From Planktothrix sp. GU0601_MAG3 (GTDB lineage: Bacteria; Cyanobacteriota; Cyanobacteriia; Cyanobacteriales; Microcoleaceae): DNA of 64,000 nucleotides. Positions 1 to 10,755 of this stretch are shown one piece after another (the first letter of the stretch is position 1; every line of letters begins with the position of its first letter). The translations under genes were made by a program, and so were the position numbers. Below the pieces are notes generated by a model. The model saw only the letters and a program-made list of their open reading frames with translations. It did not search any database and had not been told where the DNA came from. The stretch is from contig CP136572.1 in the NCBI GenBank assembly GCA_035193785.1, positions 256,001 to 320,000 of the forward strand. The letters run 5' to 3'.

Positions 1-42
1 TAAAGATCCAGCTATGCGATCCGATAGAAATTTGAAATCCAT
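1..42 (-). CDS. 5' end of a gene running off the window; possible ADP-ribosylglycohydrolase (ARH/DraG family)
   Basis: ATG at 42 with AGGAGA about 10 nt upstream; reads MDFKFLSDRIAGSL, resembling the ARH N-terminal pattern DR..G.L.G.A.GDALG. Only 14 codons are visible. Confidence 0.4.
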   Translation of the reverse strand, partial: MDFKFLSDRIAGSL

Positions 43-86
43 TGATATTTTTTCTCCTAACATAGATTCTGGGCTTCAAAAAATTG

Positions 87-2067
87 TTATACTTCTTTAC
101 AATACCAATCAGAACAATAATTAAACAGAGATCGATTCATTTGAATTTTACCTTGCCATCCTGCATTTCTTACCTTAGTTTCATCTGATGATGAACGCAC
201 TATAATTTCTGTTATATCTTCCAAGGGTATACCATCCTGGATCAAAACTTCAGCTTGAATGCAGGTTGGGAGATTTTTGGGTTTACCATCTCGATTCTGT
301 ATCCCTTTTTTATCTGTTACGCTTTCAGCAAAAAGGCTTTGCAATTTCCTAAACCCCTGCCCAATATGGCGACCTACATCAGTAGCTGCATTAAATTGGC
401 AAAATTTAGTTCCTTCCTTCCAGAGATAATCTGGTTTAATGTGAAATATAATTACTGTTTCACCAGATTTATGCACTAGAGAATATAGCATCTGAAAATT
501 ATAATAGGTTAAACTACAGTTAACATAGTTTTTATATTGAATTCCTTCAGGCGTTTGGCCATCAAAAGGCTCAGTTTCAATTTGATATTTATGAAGTTTA
601 TCAAGAGATAGTATACCTCCATGCTCACAAATATTTTTTAGATTTTTAAGTCGGGTTAAATGTACTATCCGTTCAATCTGACGTTCTACTACAAATGCAC
701 GAATCTGATCAGCATCGAAAGTATCTACTCTTTTTTCCACATTTTCAATTATAGGAAGCTTATCAGTTGTTATTTCCCATTTGAATAACTCTTGGTAAAG
801 ATCATCAGAGATCTCAACGGGAGGAATATCAAGTAATATAGTCTTTTTGGCATCCTTTAGAAACGATAAAAATTTTATAAATTCTGATGAAATTTTAGGA
901 CGAATATCAGTAACTATATTTTTTTGTTGCTTTTCAGATAAACTTGAAATTAATGGTTCTAAACTCAAAAATAATAATTTTACTTTCTCTGAGTCGGAAA
1001 GAAGTTCAAAAATCGTTGGGTACTTTTTAAGGTTTTCTGGAATTAAGCATAATAGCTCTGAATGATCAGTTTTAGAAGAATTATTTAATATTTCACCGAT
1101 TTCACTAATAAGTTGTTCTGGATTTGATGAATTACTGAGTTTAGAAACTAAAATTTTTATACGGTTTCTGGTTGGGGAGTAAAGACCAAATTCGATCATT
1201 AGATATAATATCTTCTGGAATAGTCTTCCAATGAAGATCGGTGTCAGGGAGATTTTGTAAACGGTTTATTAGCTCATTCCATAAAATATCTGAGTTGTAA
1301 TTTTCATTGTTTTTGACTAAGCCAATTAATTTTTGAAGACTGATGTAATTAATTAATTCTTGACTAGCTATTAAGATATTGTCTGGAATCTCATCCGCAA
1401 AACTTCGTTGTGATAGAGTACATCCTCTGATTCCAGTAGAAGACTTAGTGAGAGTATTAAGTTTTTGCAAACAAAAATAAACCTTAAGTTGATCTGCATT
1501 AAAGCTGTTGAGGTAAAGTTTAAATACAGGATACCACAGTTTTACATCTTGACTAAGCGCACAAGCTTCAATAATCTCTGGATTAGTTTCTTGAGTTAGT
1601 AGAGTTAAATTAGTTGCATTATCCCTTAATTGATTATTTTTCAAATCTTTTTTTATATCGAAAACAACAGCAACGCCTTCTTTTAAATCTTCATTGGAAC
1701 ACGAAATTTGATTAATATGTACAAAAACTTCTGCCTTTCCTTTTGTCTGTTTTTCAAAAAAGGTTAACAAATCATCTCTTTGCAAAAGAGCACATCCAAA
1801 ACCCTTGTCTTTTTGATACCAATCAATTATACCTACCTCTCTCAATAAGTTTAAATTTTTGATTTTATTATCTTGAATTTCAAAGCGAATAAATCTTCCT
1901 CTTTTAAGTTCATATTCTGAACATTTAATTTCTTGATGGTGTAACTTCCATCGACGTTCATCTTCTAATGTAAGTATTCTGTAATCTAAATCCTGATCTG
2001 ATTTATCGAACCATTTAACTATACCTATTTCTACAAGCTTTGTCGTATCTGGGGCAATAGTATACAT
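87..2067 (-). CDS. Cold-shock (OB-fold) domains fused to a DarT-like (DUF4433) DNA ADP-ribosyltransferase; split by one frameshift near 1175
   Basis: N-terminal part has GIVKWFD and GIIDWYQKDKGFG...EVFVHINQI...LKEGVAVVFDI (CSD RNP1/RNP2-like motifs). C-terminal part has IVHLTRLKNL..I..GGIL, YVNCS, FCQFNAA and QAEVLI (DarT motifs including the catalytic Glu). ORFs 1141-2067 and 87-1199 overlap and join on removing one base from a C run (~659 aa). Confidence 0.75.
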
Positions 2068-2656
2068 ATTCAGCTATATTCCTCTATAAAAATTGGGGCT
2101 TTGACGAAAGCGTTTGAGTTAAAAAATTCACTGGGATCAGAATCGCCAAACAAAATTAGGCAAATTCTACAATAGACTTTATGTTGTTCATTGGCTAATT
2201 TAAGGGATTAAAGTTTATTCCGTAGGCTTTTAAATGCCAGTTTAGAATAAGTGAAAATTTTAAAACGATGAATGGGACGATTAAGGAAAAACCTTAATCC
2301 AGATCAATAGTTGCAACTTAGGGGGTATGGGAGAAATAACTGATGAGAGGACTATCAGTGATGTTTGGATTAAATTAATAGGTAGCGGAGAAATAGCAAC
2401 TGAGAGTAGTAGATGATGAATTTCAGCTATACGCCAGTGGTGTGACTACAGAATTGCTTGGTTGCCATAATCGGGACATCACATTGATCATCAGTCCGCT
2501 CATATATTAAAGGTTATAACTTGTCTATGATTTTGTCAATCAGTGGTATTACCGAACTTTCGTTTCATATTGTTTTGAAGTTTCGGCTCAATTTACCCCC
2601 TCGTTAGTCGAGCTATTTCACTAAAATATGCTCTCTAAAACTCAGGGGTGATGCTG

Positions 2657-2842
2657 CTACCAGTCTGAATCTGATTCGTTTCCCTCCCACATCTCCCGTT
2701 CTGCATCTCTTTCTAGTGCTAGATCTGAGTTATTTTGTTCTCTGTAATCATCGTAACTATCCTGAGCATCTCGGTCGCTATCATATTCGTGGTCGTTGTT
2801 GTCGTAACCGTCCTCACCGGGGCCAAAATTATCGTAACGCAT
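2657..2842 (-). CDS. Small, very acidic hypothetical protein (61 aa)
   Basis: ATG at 2842 with GAGGT upstream; 14 D + 8 E in 61 residues. Confidence 0.6.
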   Translation of the reverse strand: MRYDNFGPGEDGYDNNDHEYDSDRDAQDSYDDYREQNNSDLALERDAEREMWEGNESDSDW

Positions 2843-3001
2843 GGTCACCAATACCTCATAATCTTTTCTACAAAACTATTGCCACCTGCGAACAAAATTA
2901 CGCAAATTTTCAAAAAACTTTTTTAGAGTATTGGGGGCGAGTTTCAGTCGAGTTGCTGTAATTAGGAAAAATATTGTTGAACCCGCACTTATAAACTTCT
3001 T

Positions 3002-3418
3002 TTATTCATCAATAACTTTTCCCCGCATGGTCTTCAAATGTGAGTGCTTGGTTTTACTATCCAGACGCCTTCTCTGGGAACTCCGAGTCGGTTTACTCGG
3101 TTTACGGGGTTTGGGAAGGGAAATCGCACTTTTAATTAGGTCTTGAAGTCGTTGTAAAGCTTCTTCTCGGTTCTGTTCTTGGCTGCGATGTTTCTGTGCT
3201 TTAATAATAATTACCCCCTCTTTACTAATACGCTGATCATTTAATGTTAATAGTCGCTGTTTATACTGTTCAGGTAATGAGGAAGCCGAGATATCAAAAC
3301 GTAAATGAATCGCTGTTGCTACCTTATTTACATTTTGTCCTCCGGCTCCCTGAGAGCGAATTGCACTCATTTCAATTTCATGCTCTGGAAGGCTGAAAAT
3401 ATTAGAAATTTGTAACAT
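3002..3418 (-). CDS. arfB: Alternative ribosome-rescue peptidyl-tRNA hydrolase ArfB
   Basis: RSQGAGGQNVNKV (GGQ motif), RSQEQNR, basic C-terminal tail. Confidence 0.95.
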   Translation of the reverse strand: MLQISNIFSLPEHEIEMSAIRSQGAGGQNVNKVATAIHLRFDISASSLPEQYKQRLLTLNDQRISKEGVIIIKAQKHRSQEQNREEALQRLQDLIKSAISLPKPRKPSKPTRSSQRRRLDSKTKHSHLKTMRGKVIDE

Positions 3419-3452
3419 AATTGATTAATAATTTTAGGAAAAAATAGCAAAA

Positions 3453-4794
3453 TTAAACCCGGGAAGGAAGAATTGCTAAATCTGTTTTTGGATCGAATAA
3501 ATGAATTTTTTCTGGTGTGAGGGCTAACCAAATTTTTTCGCCCTGTACGAACTCGGTTTCGGCGGGAATTCTGACTTGTAAGGAGAAAGAAAGATTATTG
3601 TCTCCGAATAGATGTACCCATAATAATGTTTCATGTCCTAATGCTTCCATTCGATCAACAATTACGGGTAAATTTTTAGTGGCTGGACAACTAACAATTA
3701 AGTGTTCCGGTCTAATTCCTAAGATTAATTTTTCTTCCTTCTGGCGAGGTAAAACCGTTTGCCAAATATCGGGTAAAGTTAAACGGAATTGAGCATGGGT
3801 AATTAATAAAGGAGCGATAAATTGAATCGGAATAAAATTCATGGGGGGAGAGCCAATAAACTCCGCTACAAAGCGATTATTAGGACGATTATAAAGTTCT
3901 AAAGGCGGAGCAACTTGTTGAATTATGCCTTGATTCATTACCGCAATTCTTGACCCCATAGTCATCGCTTCGACTTGATCATGGGTGACATAAATTGTGG
4001 TTGTGCCTAATTTTTTTTGTAATTCTACAATTTGGGCGCGGGTTTCGGTTCTTAATTTTGCGTCTAAATTGGAGAGGGGTTCATCCATTAAGAAAACCTG
4101 GGGATTTCTAGCCATGGCTCGACCTAATGCGACACGCTGTTTTTGCCCGCCGGATAATTGTTTGGGATATCGATTTAATAAGGATTCAATTTGTAATAAT
4201 TTGGCAACGGTTAAGACTCTTTCGGCTACGGCTTTTTCTCGTTCTGAAAGATAGCGGAAGTTAGGAGGAAGCGATCGCGTTATTCTCACAATAGCATCTT
4301 CTAACCATAATGGAGCAAAGATTTGATAGTCTCCAATTGTCAGGGATAATTGTTGATTAGAACCTAAATTAGAGTCTTTTCTGGGAACAATTAAAGGCTG
4401 TTTAGGTTCTGTTTCTTGATAGGAACGTCGCAGCCCAAAGGCTAAGTTATCATAGACTTTTAAATGGGGATATAGGGCATAATTTTGAAACACCATGGCA
4501 ATATCTCGCGCCTTGGGAGGTAATTCATTAACTAATTTATCCCCAATATAAATATTACCGCCAGTAATGGTTTCTAAGCCCGCAATTAATCGCAATAGGG
4601 TACTTTTTCCACAACCGGAAGGCCCGACTAATACCATGAATTCCCCATCATAGATATCCAGATGTATCCGCTTTAAAATGGCTTGACGGCTGGGGGTTGA
4701 TTCTAGGAGTTTCCGATGAGTTTTTTTCCTCGGAGGCGGTTTGACGACGGGTGGGAAAACTTTTATAAATATTATCTAAAATAACTTCTGCCAT
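3453..4794 (-). CDS. Sugar/osmolyte ABC transporter ATP-binding subunit (MalK/GgtA-like); 5' frameshift
   Basis: GPSGCGKST, LSGGQKQR, DEPLSNLD, C-terminal TOBE region; probable true start MAEVILDNIYKSF at 4794 in another frame. Confidence 0.9.
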
Positions 4795-4845
4795 TTTAAT
4801 TTTACCTAATTTTCTTGATAGTATAGAATCGGGTTTTACTTTCTA

Positions 4846-5022
4846 GTTCCCCCCTTATTTAAGGGGGGTTAGGGGGGATCTAGGACTTGGGTTCAAATCA
4901 ATAAATTGACTATTTTAGTGTAGGGGATAAATGTTACCGCTATCGATATCAACTTCAGCCCAAAACCCCTAATTACAGCCGAGATTAGATCCCCCTAAAT
5001 CCCCCTTAACAAGGGGGACTTT
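4846..5022. mobile_element. MITE-like element with inverted palindromic ends
   Basis: Left end ttccccccttatttaaggggggttaggggggatcta and right end tagatccccctaaatcccccttaacaagggggactt are imperfect inverted copies, each with an internal hairpin. Confidence 0.6.
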
Positions 5023-5040
5023 AACTGTTAATTAAATACC

Positions 5041-7592
5041 CTAGGATTTGATCGAGATAATTTTTTCATCGGGTTTGAGTTTGAAAAGGCGATCGCCTGT
5101 ACTATCTTTTGTGGATAGATGAATTTGATCCGTGGGCACATGAATAATGCGATTTTCACTGGTTAATAGATGGATCTGTTGGCGGGGTTTAGCCGGGGCA
5201 ATTCCTACTAATATATCATTAGGAGATTTAAACTGGATCATGGAAATTCCGATTCCGCCTCGGTTACTTCCCCGAACTAATTCCATGGCAATTCGTTTCA
5301 TATAACCCTGTTCTGTAACTAATAATAAACTTCCTTTAGGTGATAGGGTAACACATCCAATTAAATGCTCTTTTTGTCGTAGGCGAGTGGCTTGGGAACC
5401 CTGGGCGACCTTACCCATAGGAGGTAGTTGTTCATCATTAATATCAAATCGTAAGAGTCGCCCCCCCGATGTGGCTAAGACAACTTTTTCATCGGGTTTA
5501 GCCAGGGTAGCAAAACATAATTCATCGTCATCTTTTAGTTTAATAATGGTACTCCCTCGGTTGGTTAATTCCGCTAATTCTATTAAGGGTAAACGTTTAA
5601 TTTTGCCCTGTTGAGTTAGGGTAATTAGATCGGTTTTATCGGGAAAAGCTGATAGGAGAAATTGAGCAATCATCAATTCTTGGGGATTAATTGATGTATC
5701 TTTATAAGCCGAAGGTGATAATAAAGTAATAATCGGTTTTCCCTTAGAACGATTGTTACCCACGGGAATATCAGCTACACTCAAGGGATAGGCTTTTCCC
5801 GTTTTCAACACCATTACTAGATTTTGACTGGTTTGAGTATTGTGGGTTTGGGTGATAAAATCATCGGTTTCCTCAACATTAATAGTGGTTTTATTTTCAG
5901 TTTGATTCCGTTTAGAATCTGCGGTTTTGGGAGATACTCGCCGAATATAACCGCGATGGGTAATTTCAATTACGGTTTCTTCATCCACCGGGGGTAAGGG
6001 TTGTAATACATCGGGAGGGGATGTGAGTTTCTAAGATCTTTTCTTTGGATGTTTTAGCGGTTTTATCGTCAGAGGTAATAGTAGTCTGACCCTGGGGATA
6101 AATAATTCGGGTGCGTCGTTGATCGCCATATTTTCGTTTCAGCGATCGCAATTCTTTTTTTAAGGATTTTAACAGTTCAGGACGTTCATCAAGTAACCGT
6201 CTTAATTGTTCAATATTATTGTTTAATTGGGTAAATTCTTCCTGTAATTTTTGCCTTTCCAACCCAGTTAACCTCCGCATCGGCATAGCTAAAATGGCAT
6301 CGGATTGAATATCACTAAACCCTAATTGATTTTCCAAGGTTATTTTTGCTGTGGAACCATCGGGGGCATTTCTGAGAATTTCAATCAAACGATCTAAATT
6401 TTCTAATGCCATTAATAACCCTTCAACTAAATGACAGCGCCGTTCGGTGGCTTCTAATTCATGGCGATATTGACGGGTTAAAGTCTGTTCCCTAAATGTC
6501 AGAAATTCTTGGAGAATTTGTTTTAAACTTAATTGTCTGGGTTGTCCATTTACGATCGCTAAAAAAATCGCCCCAAACTTGGTCATCAATTCCGTTTGCT
6601 GATAGAGATGATGTAACACCACTTCAGGAGAAAATTCCCGTTTTAATTCAATTACGACTCGAATTCCGTCGCGATCGCTTTCATCTCGGATATCAGAAAT
6701 TCCATCTAATTTTCCCGCATTAACTAACCCGGCAATTTTTTCAATCCAAGCCGCTTTATTCACCTGAAATGGGAGTTCTGTGACAATAATTGCATTTTTT
6801 GTCCGACGTTTTTGGGCGGTGGGAACTTCTTCCATTTTTGCCACTCCCCGCACCACAATACTGCCTTTTCCGTGATGATAAGCTTCCGCAATTCCTTCGG
6901 TGCTAATAATTTCTCCCCCGGTGGGAAAATCCGGCCCGGGAATCAATTCGATTAATTTTTGTTCAGATAATTCAGGTTGATCAATTAAGGCAATTAGTCC
7001 ATCGACGACTTCCCCTAAATTATGGGGCGGAATATTCGTCGCCATTCCCACCGCAATTCCCGAAGATCCATTTAACAATAAAAACGGCAGTTGGGCGGGT
7101 AAAACCGTGGGTTCCTGTTGAGAATTATCGAAATTACTAATAAAATTAACTGTAGCTTCCCCCACCTGGGAAAGTAACCCCTCATGGCCCACCGCCGCTA
7201 AACGGGTTTCGGTGTAACGCATCGCCGCCGGGGGGTCATTATCCACAGACCCAAAATTTCCATGACCTGCTAACAACGGATACCGACTAGAAAATTCCTG
7301 AACCAATCTGACTAAAGCATCATAAACCGATTGATCGCCGTGGGGGTGATATTTACCCAGAAACATCCCCAACTACCCGGGCACATTTGCGGTAGGGACG
7401 GTCGGGAGTTAACCCCAATTCGTGCATCGCATATAAAATCCGACGATGTACAGGTTTGAGTCCATCGCGAACATCGGGCAAAGCTCGGCCAACAATCACA
7501 CTCATGGCATATTCGAGGTACGATTGTTGCATCTCGGTGTGAAGCGATGTGGTGATCACTTGCCCAGAAAAGAGGTTTAACTGTTTAGCCAT
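5041..7592 (-). CDS. gyrA: DNA gyrase/topoisomerase IV subunit A (cyanobacterial GyrA/ParC-like paralog); two frameshifts
   Basis: [43 protein letters not shown]-terminal beta-pinwheel; three ORF pieces joined. Confidence 0.9.
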
Positions 7593-7807
7593 GAGTTTAT
7601 TTAAGTCTACAGCGATAGGGTTCTTACAGTTATCAGTCAACAGTAATCAATAATCAGTGTAAGAGTTATATAGACTTTTTGCCGTCAATATCTGTACTGA
7701 TAACTGATTACTGTATGGCGTGGTATGATGACTTTTCGGTACTGGAGAGTGAAAAATAGAAATATTAGGTGGTTCCATTTGAACAGTATATCGGTTGGGA
7801 GACTTAA

Positions 7808-8212
7808 ATGAAGACCGTTCTGATTGTAGAAGACGATCAGGTTAATGCTCGTGTTTTTTCAAAAATATTGACAAAACGGGGTGGATTAGCCGTTAAACAC
7901 ACGGAAAACGTGGAAGAAGTGCTCGACATTGCTCGCACTGGGGAGGCAGACTTGATTTTGATGGATGTTTCCCTAGCCCGCAGTGTCTATCAAGGGAAAC
8001 CAGTGGATGGAATTAAAATTACCCAACTCCTCAAAGCTGATCCCACAACCGCGAAACTGCCGATTATTTTAGTAACGGCCCATGCCATGGCTGGAGATCG
8101 GGAGGATTTTCTCAAGCAAAGTGGAGCCGATGATTACATCTCTAAACCCGTTATTGATCATCAAAATTTCGTGGATAAGATTAAATCCTTGCTATCACCC
8201 GACGAGGAGTAG
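7808..8212 (+). CDS. Single-domain response regulator (DivK-like)
   Basis: LIVEDD, LILMD, VTAHAM, YISKP. Confidence 0.9.
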   Translation: MKTVLIVEDDQVNARVFSKILTKRGGLAVKHTENVEEVLDIARTGEADLILMDVSLARSVYQGKPVDGIKITQLLKADPTTAKLPIILVTAHAMAGDREDFLKQSGADDYISKPVIDHQNFVDKIKSLLSPDEE

Positions 8213-8300
8213 GCCGCAATAGGGGAACTGGAATCAATCTTTTTTTCCAGTACCTACTGCTTTGTACTCTTAAGAGGTAGGGATGATCCTAATCTTGATA

Positions 8301-9183
8301 CTAGGGACTAGGGGAGGGAGGTTGGGTATCTTTAACTTCAACTAGCACTTTTTGGATTTGAGGATTAGCTAGAAATTTTTGGGTATCATTGATTAGGCGA
8401 TCGCCCCAAAGATTTTCTTTCAGATAATCAAATTCGGCATAACGGCCATCAAGACGTAAAGCCGTTTCTCCTAAAGATAGGGCTTCTTGGGCTTCTCCTT
8501 TCGTGTACAGACCAACGGCTAAGGCTAATAGGGGTTCGGCGGCTTTGGGATCGATCTTAATCGCCTGTCTCCATTTGCTGATGGCGGTATCGATTTCTCC
8601 CTGTTCATACTTGACCAAGCCCACATTATTAATGGCTGGCCAAAGACTACTTTCTTGGGCAAAGGCTTTCTCGTATTGTAGAACTGCCTGATCTAACCGC
8701 CCCAACTTATAATAGGCATTGCCCAAATCAAATAACGCCCCCGGAAACCTTGGGGTCAATTTTCAAAGCAGCTTCTAGGAATTGAACGGATTTTTGATAG
8801 TCCCCTTTTTTGAAGTAGGCTTCTCCCAAAATAAACTGAATCCCCGGGTCTTTGGGTTCTAAGGTTTTGGCTTTTTGTAAAGACTCAATCCCTTTATCGA
8901 GTTCATCTAATTGCAGATATAAACTACCTAATAGGGCCCAAGCTTGATAACTGTCCGGTGCCAGTTGAGTTGCGAGTTCTGCCCGGGGTAAAGCTAATTG
9001 ATACTGTTGAAATCGCGTTAACTGAGCCGCTTCTTCGAGCAACCCGAATCCAGTTTGTTTAAGTTGTTCTGAGTCTAGGGGGGGAGTATAGGGAACCAGG
9101 GCTTGTCCCCTCGCTGATTGAGCGACATTGTTCCAGAAACTCAGGGTGAGGATCACGGACAGAATCAAAGTTCGATTTCGCAC
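8301..9183 (-). CDS. Secreted TPR-repeat protein; frameshift near 8745
   Basis: N-terminal signal-like segment; several TPR motifs across two ORFs. Confidence 0.85.
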
Positions 9184-9254
9184 AGTAAGAGTTAACCTAA
9201 ATTTTTTAATATTTTGCGAGTTCTATTAATCATACACGAACTTGGGTCAGTGGG

Positions 9255-10664
9255 TTAAAGAAAGGGTAATAAAATCTCAAATTCCGTACCCATTCCCGGC
9301 TGCGATCGCAATTTTAATTGTCCCCCATGTTTGGCAGTGACAATATGATAACTCAGGGATAAACTGGTTTCTTTTTCCGTGCGTTTTAGATTGGAAAATG
9401 AATCTAGGATTTGTTGTTGTTCTTGGGGAGACAATCCCGGGCCATTATCGGCAATAGAAATTGAAACCCAACGTTCGGGAGTATTCAGGTTATTAACTGG
9501 AGATGAGTCTAAACTGATCATCGCCGTTGTAATCACAATTTGCGGAGTCTTGACCGACTCTAAATTTGGGGAAATACTATATTCATCGACCCAATCTTGT
9601 CTTACCAATTGATTGAGTAAAGCATCAAAACCATGGATCAAAATGTTGATAAATACTTGACTCAACTGTCCGACATAACAAGTGACTGGAGGTAAATGAC
9701 CGTAATTTTTCACTACGTTAATTTCTCGGTTAATCCGGCTTTTCATTAACAGTAAAATACTATCTAAATGACTGTGTAAATCTGCGGGTTTGGGATGAAT
9801 TTCATCAATATGACAAAAGTTTTGTAAACTGGTTGCTAATTTACTTAACCGTTCCGTACCACTTTTGATACTTGATATAATTCGAGGAAAATCTTGGCGG
9901 AGGAAGTCAAATTCTATTTCTTCCTTCAGGTCTTCAATGGCTGGCAATTTTTGGGGATAATGAGATTCATAGGCATCTAAAAGTTCAATCAAACTATCAC
10001 TATAGGTAATTAAATAGGTTAAATTGCCCCAAATAAATCCCACCGGATCTAAAATTTCATGGGCAACGCCATCTACTAATCTTCCTAAACTCGCCATTTT
10101 TTCACTTTGTAACAGTTGAACTTGAGTTCTTTCATAGCGAACTTGAGTTTCAATTCCTCGAATTTGCCAATAGGCAAGATTCAATTCATGGCTGTTTAAC
10201 AGACGATAGGAAACCATCCAAGGATAATCCTGAGAAGCCGGCCAATTTCCCTGTACCACAATCGGATCTATATATCCAGGGGCTGTTCGCCTCAAGGACT
10301 GTTGAGTTGCTGTGAGAATTGTGGTTTGTGCAGGTAATACTAATACCGGAGTTCTAACATAACTATAAAGCACATCTAGGGATTGATCTAAAAACAATTC
10401 TAACCCCTGGGGACGGAGAAAAAATTCTAGGAGATCTCGCCGAGAAATTATGCCTAAAAATTCAGAATTAGAGTTTTCTTTTTGGTCTACAATAACCACT
10501 CCCGGGAGTAAGGGATGTCTTTCAAACTGTTGTACAAGAGTGCGCACGCCGGAACTCAAAACCACTTGAAAATCGTATAGGGGTAAATCTTCTAGGGTGG
10601 AGTCTAAACTTAAATCTCCTCCGGTTTGACTTTCCCATAAATAGGGTACAGATAGGCTCGTCAA
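9255..10664 (-). CDS. Sensor histidine kinase with CBS-like N-terminus
   Basis: SEKMASLGRLVDGVAHEI H-box, QVFIN, IADNGPG; degenerate G2 box (ETSLSLS). Confidence 0.85.
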   Translation of the reverse strand: MTSLSVPYLWESQTGGDLSLDSTLEDLPLYDFQVVLSSGVRTLVQQFERHPLLPGVVIVDQKENSNSEFLGIISRRDLLEFFLRPQGLELFLDQSLDVLYSYVRTPVLVLPAQTTILTATQQSLRRTAPGYIDPIVVQGNWPASQDYPWMVSYRLLNSHELNLAYWQIRGIETQVRYERTQVQLLQSEKMASLGRLVDGVAHEILDPVGFIWGNLTYLITYSDSLIELLDAYESHYPQKLPAIEDLKEEIEFDFLRQDFPRIISSIKSGTERLSKLATSLQNFCHIDEIHPKPADLHSHLDSILLLMKSRINREINVVKNYGHLPPVTCYVGQLSQVFINILIHGFDALLNQLVRQDWVDEYSISPNLESVKTPQIVITTAMISLDSSPVNNLNTPERWVSISIADNGPGLSPQEQQQILDSFSNLKRTEKETSLSLSYHIVTAKHGGQLKLRSQPGMGTEFEILLPFL

Positions 10665-10755
10665 GGTACTTTCTCGTAGAATTAATTACACAGCATCTTA
10701 TAGCCCAGACTAACATTAAGTGGTCAAAAATTCATCAAAAATTAGTTAATTTTAA

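Noticed and set aside
2100..2650. Retron-like ncRNA or hidden gene upstream of CSD-DarT
   Set aside because: Only one weak hairpin (~2552-2587) and short broken ORFs; no RT in the window.
5041..7640. Split gyrA, intein or programmed frameshifting
   Set aside because: The breaks fall in conserved motifs and match the window-wide indel pattern.
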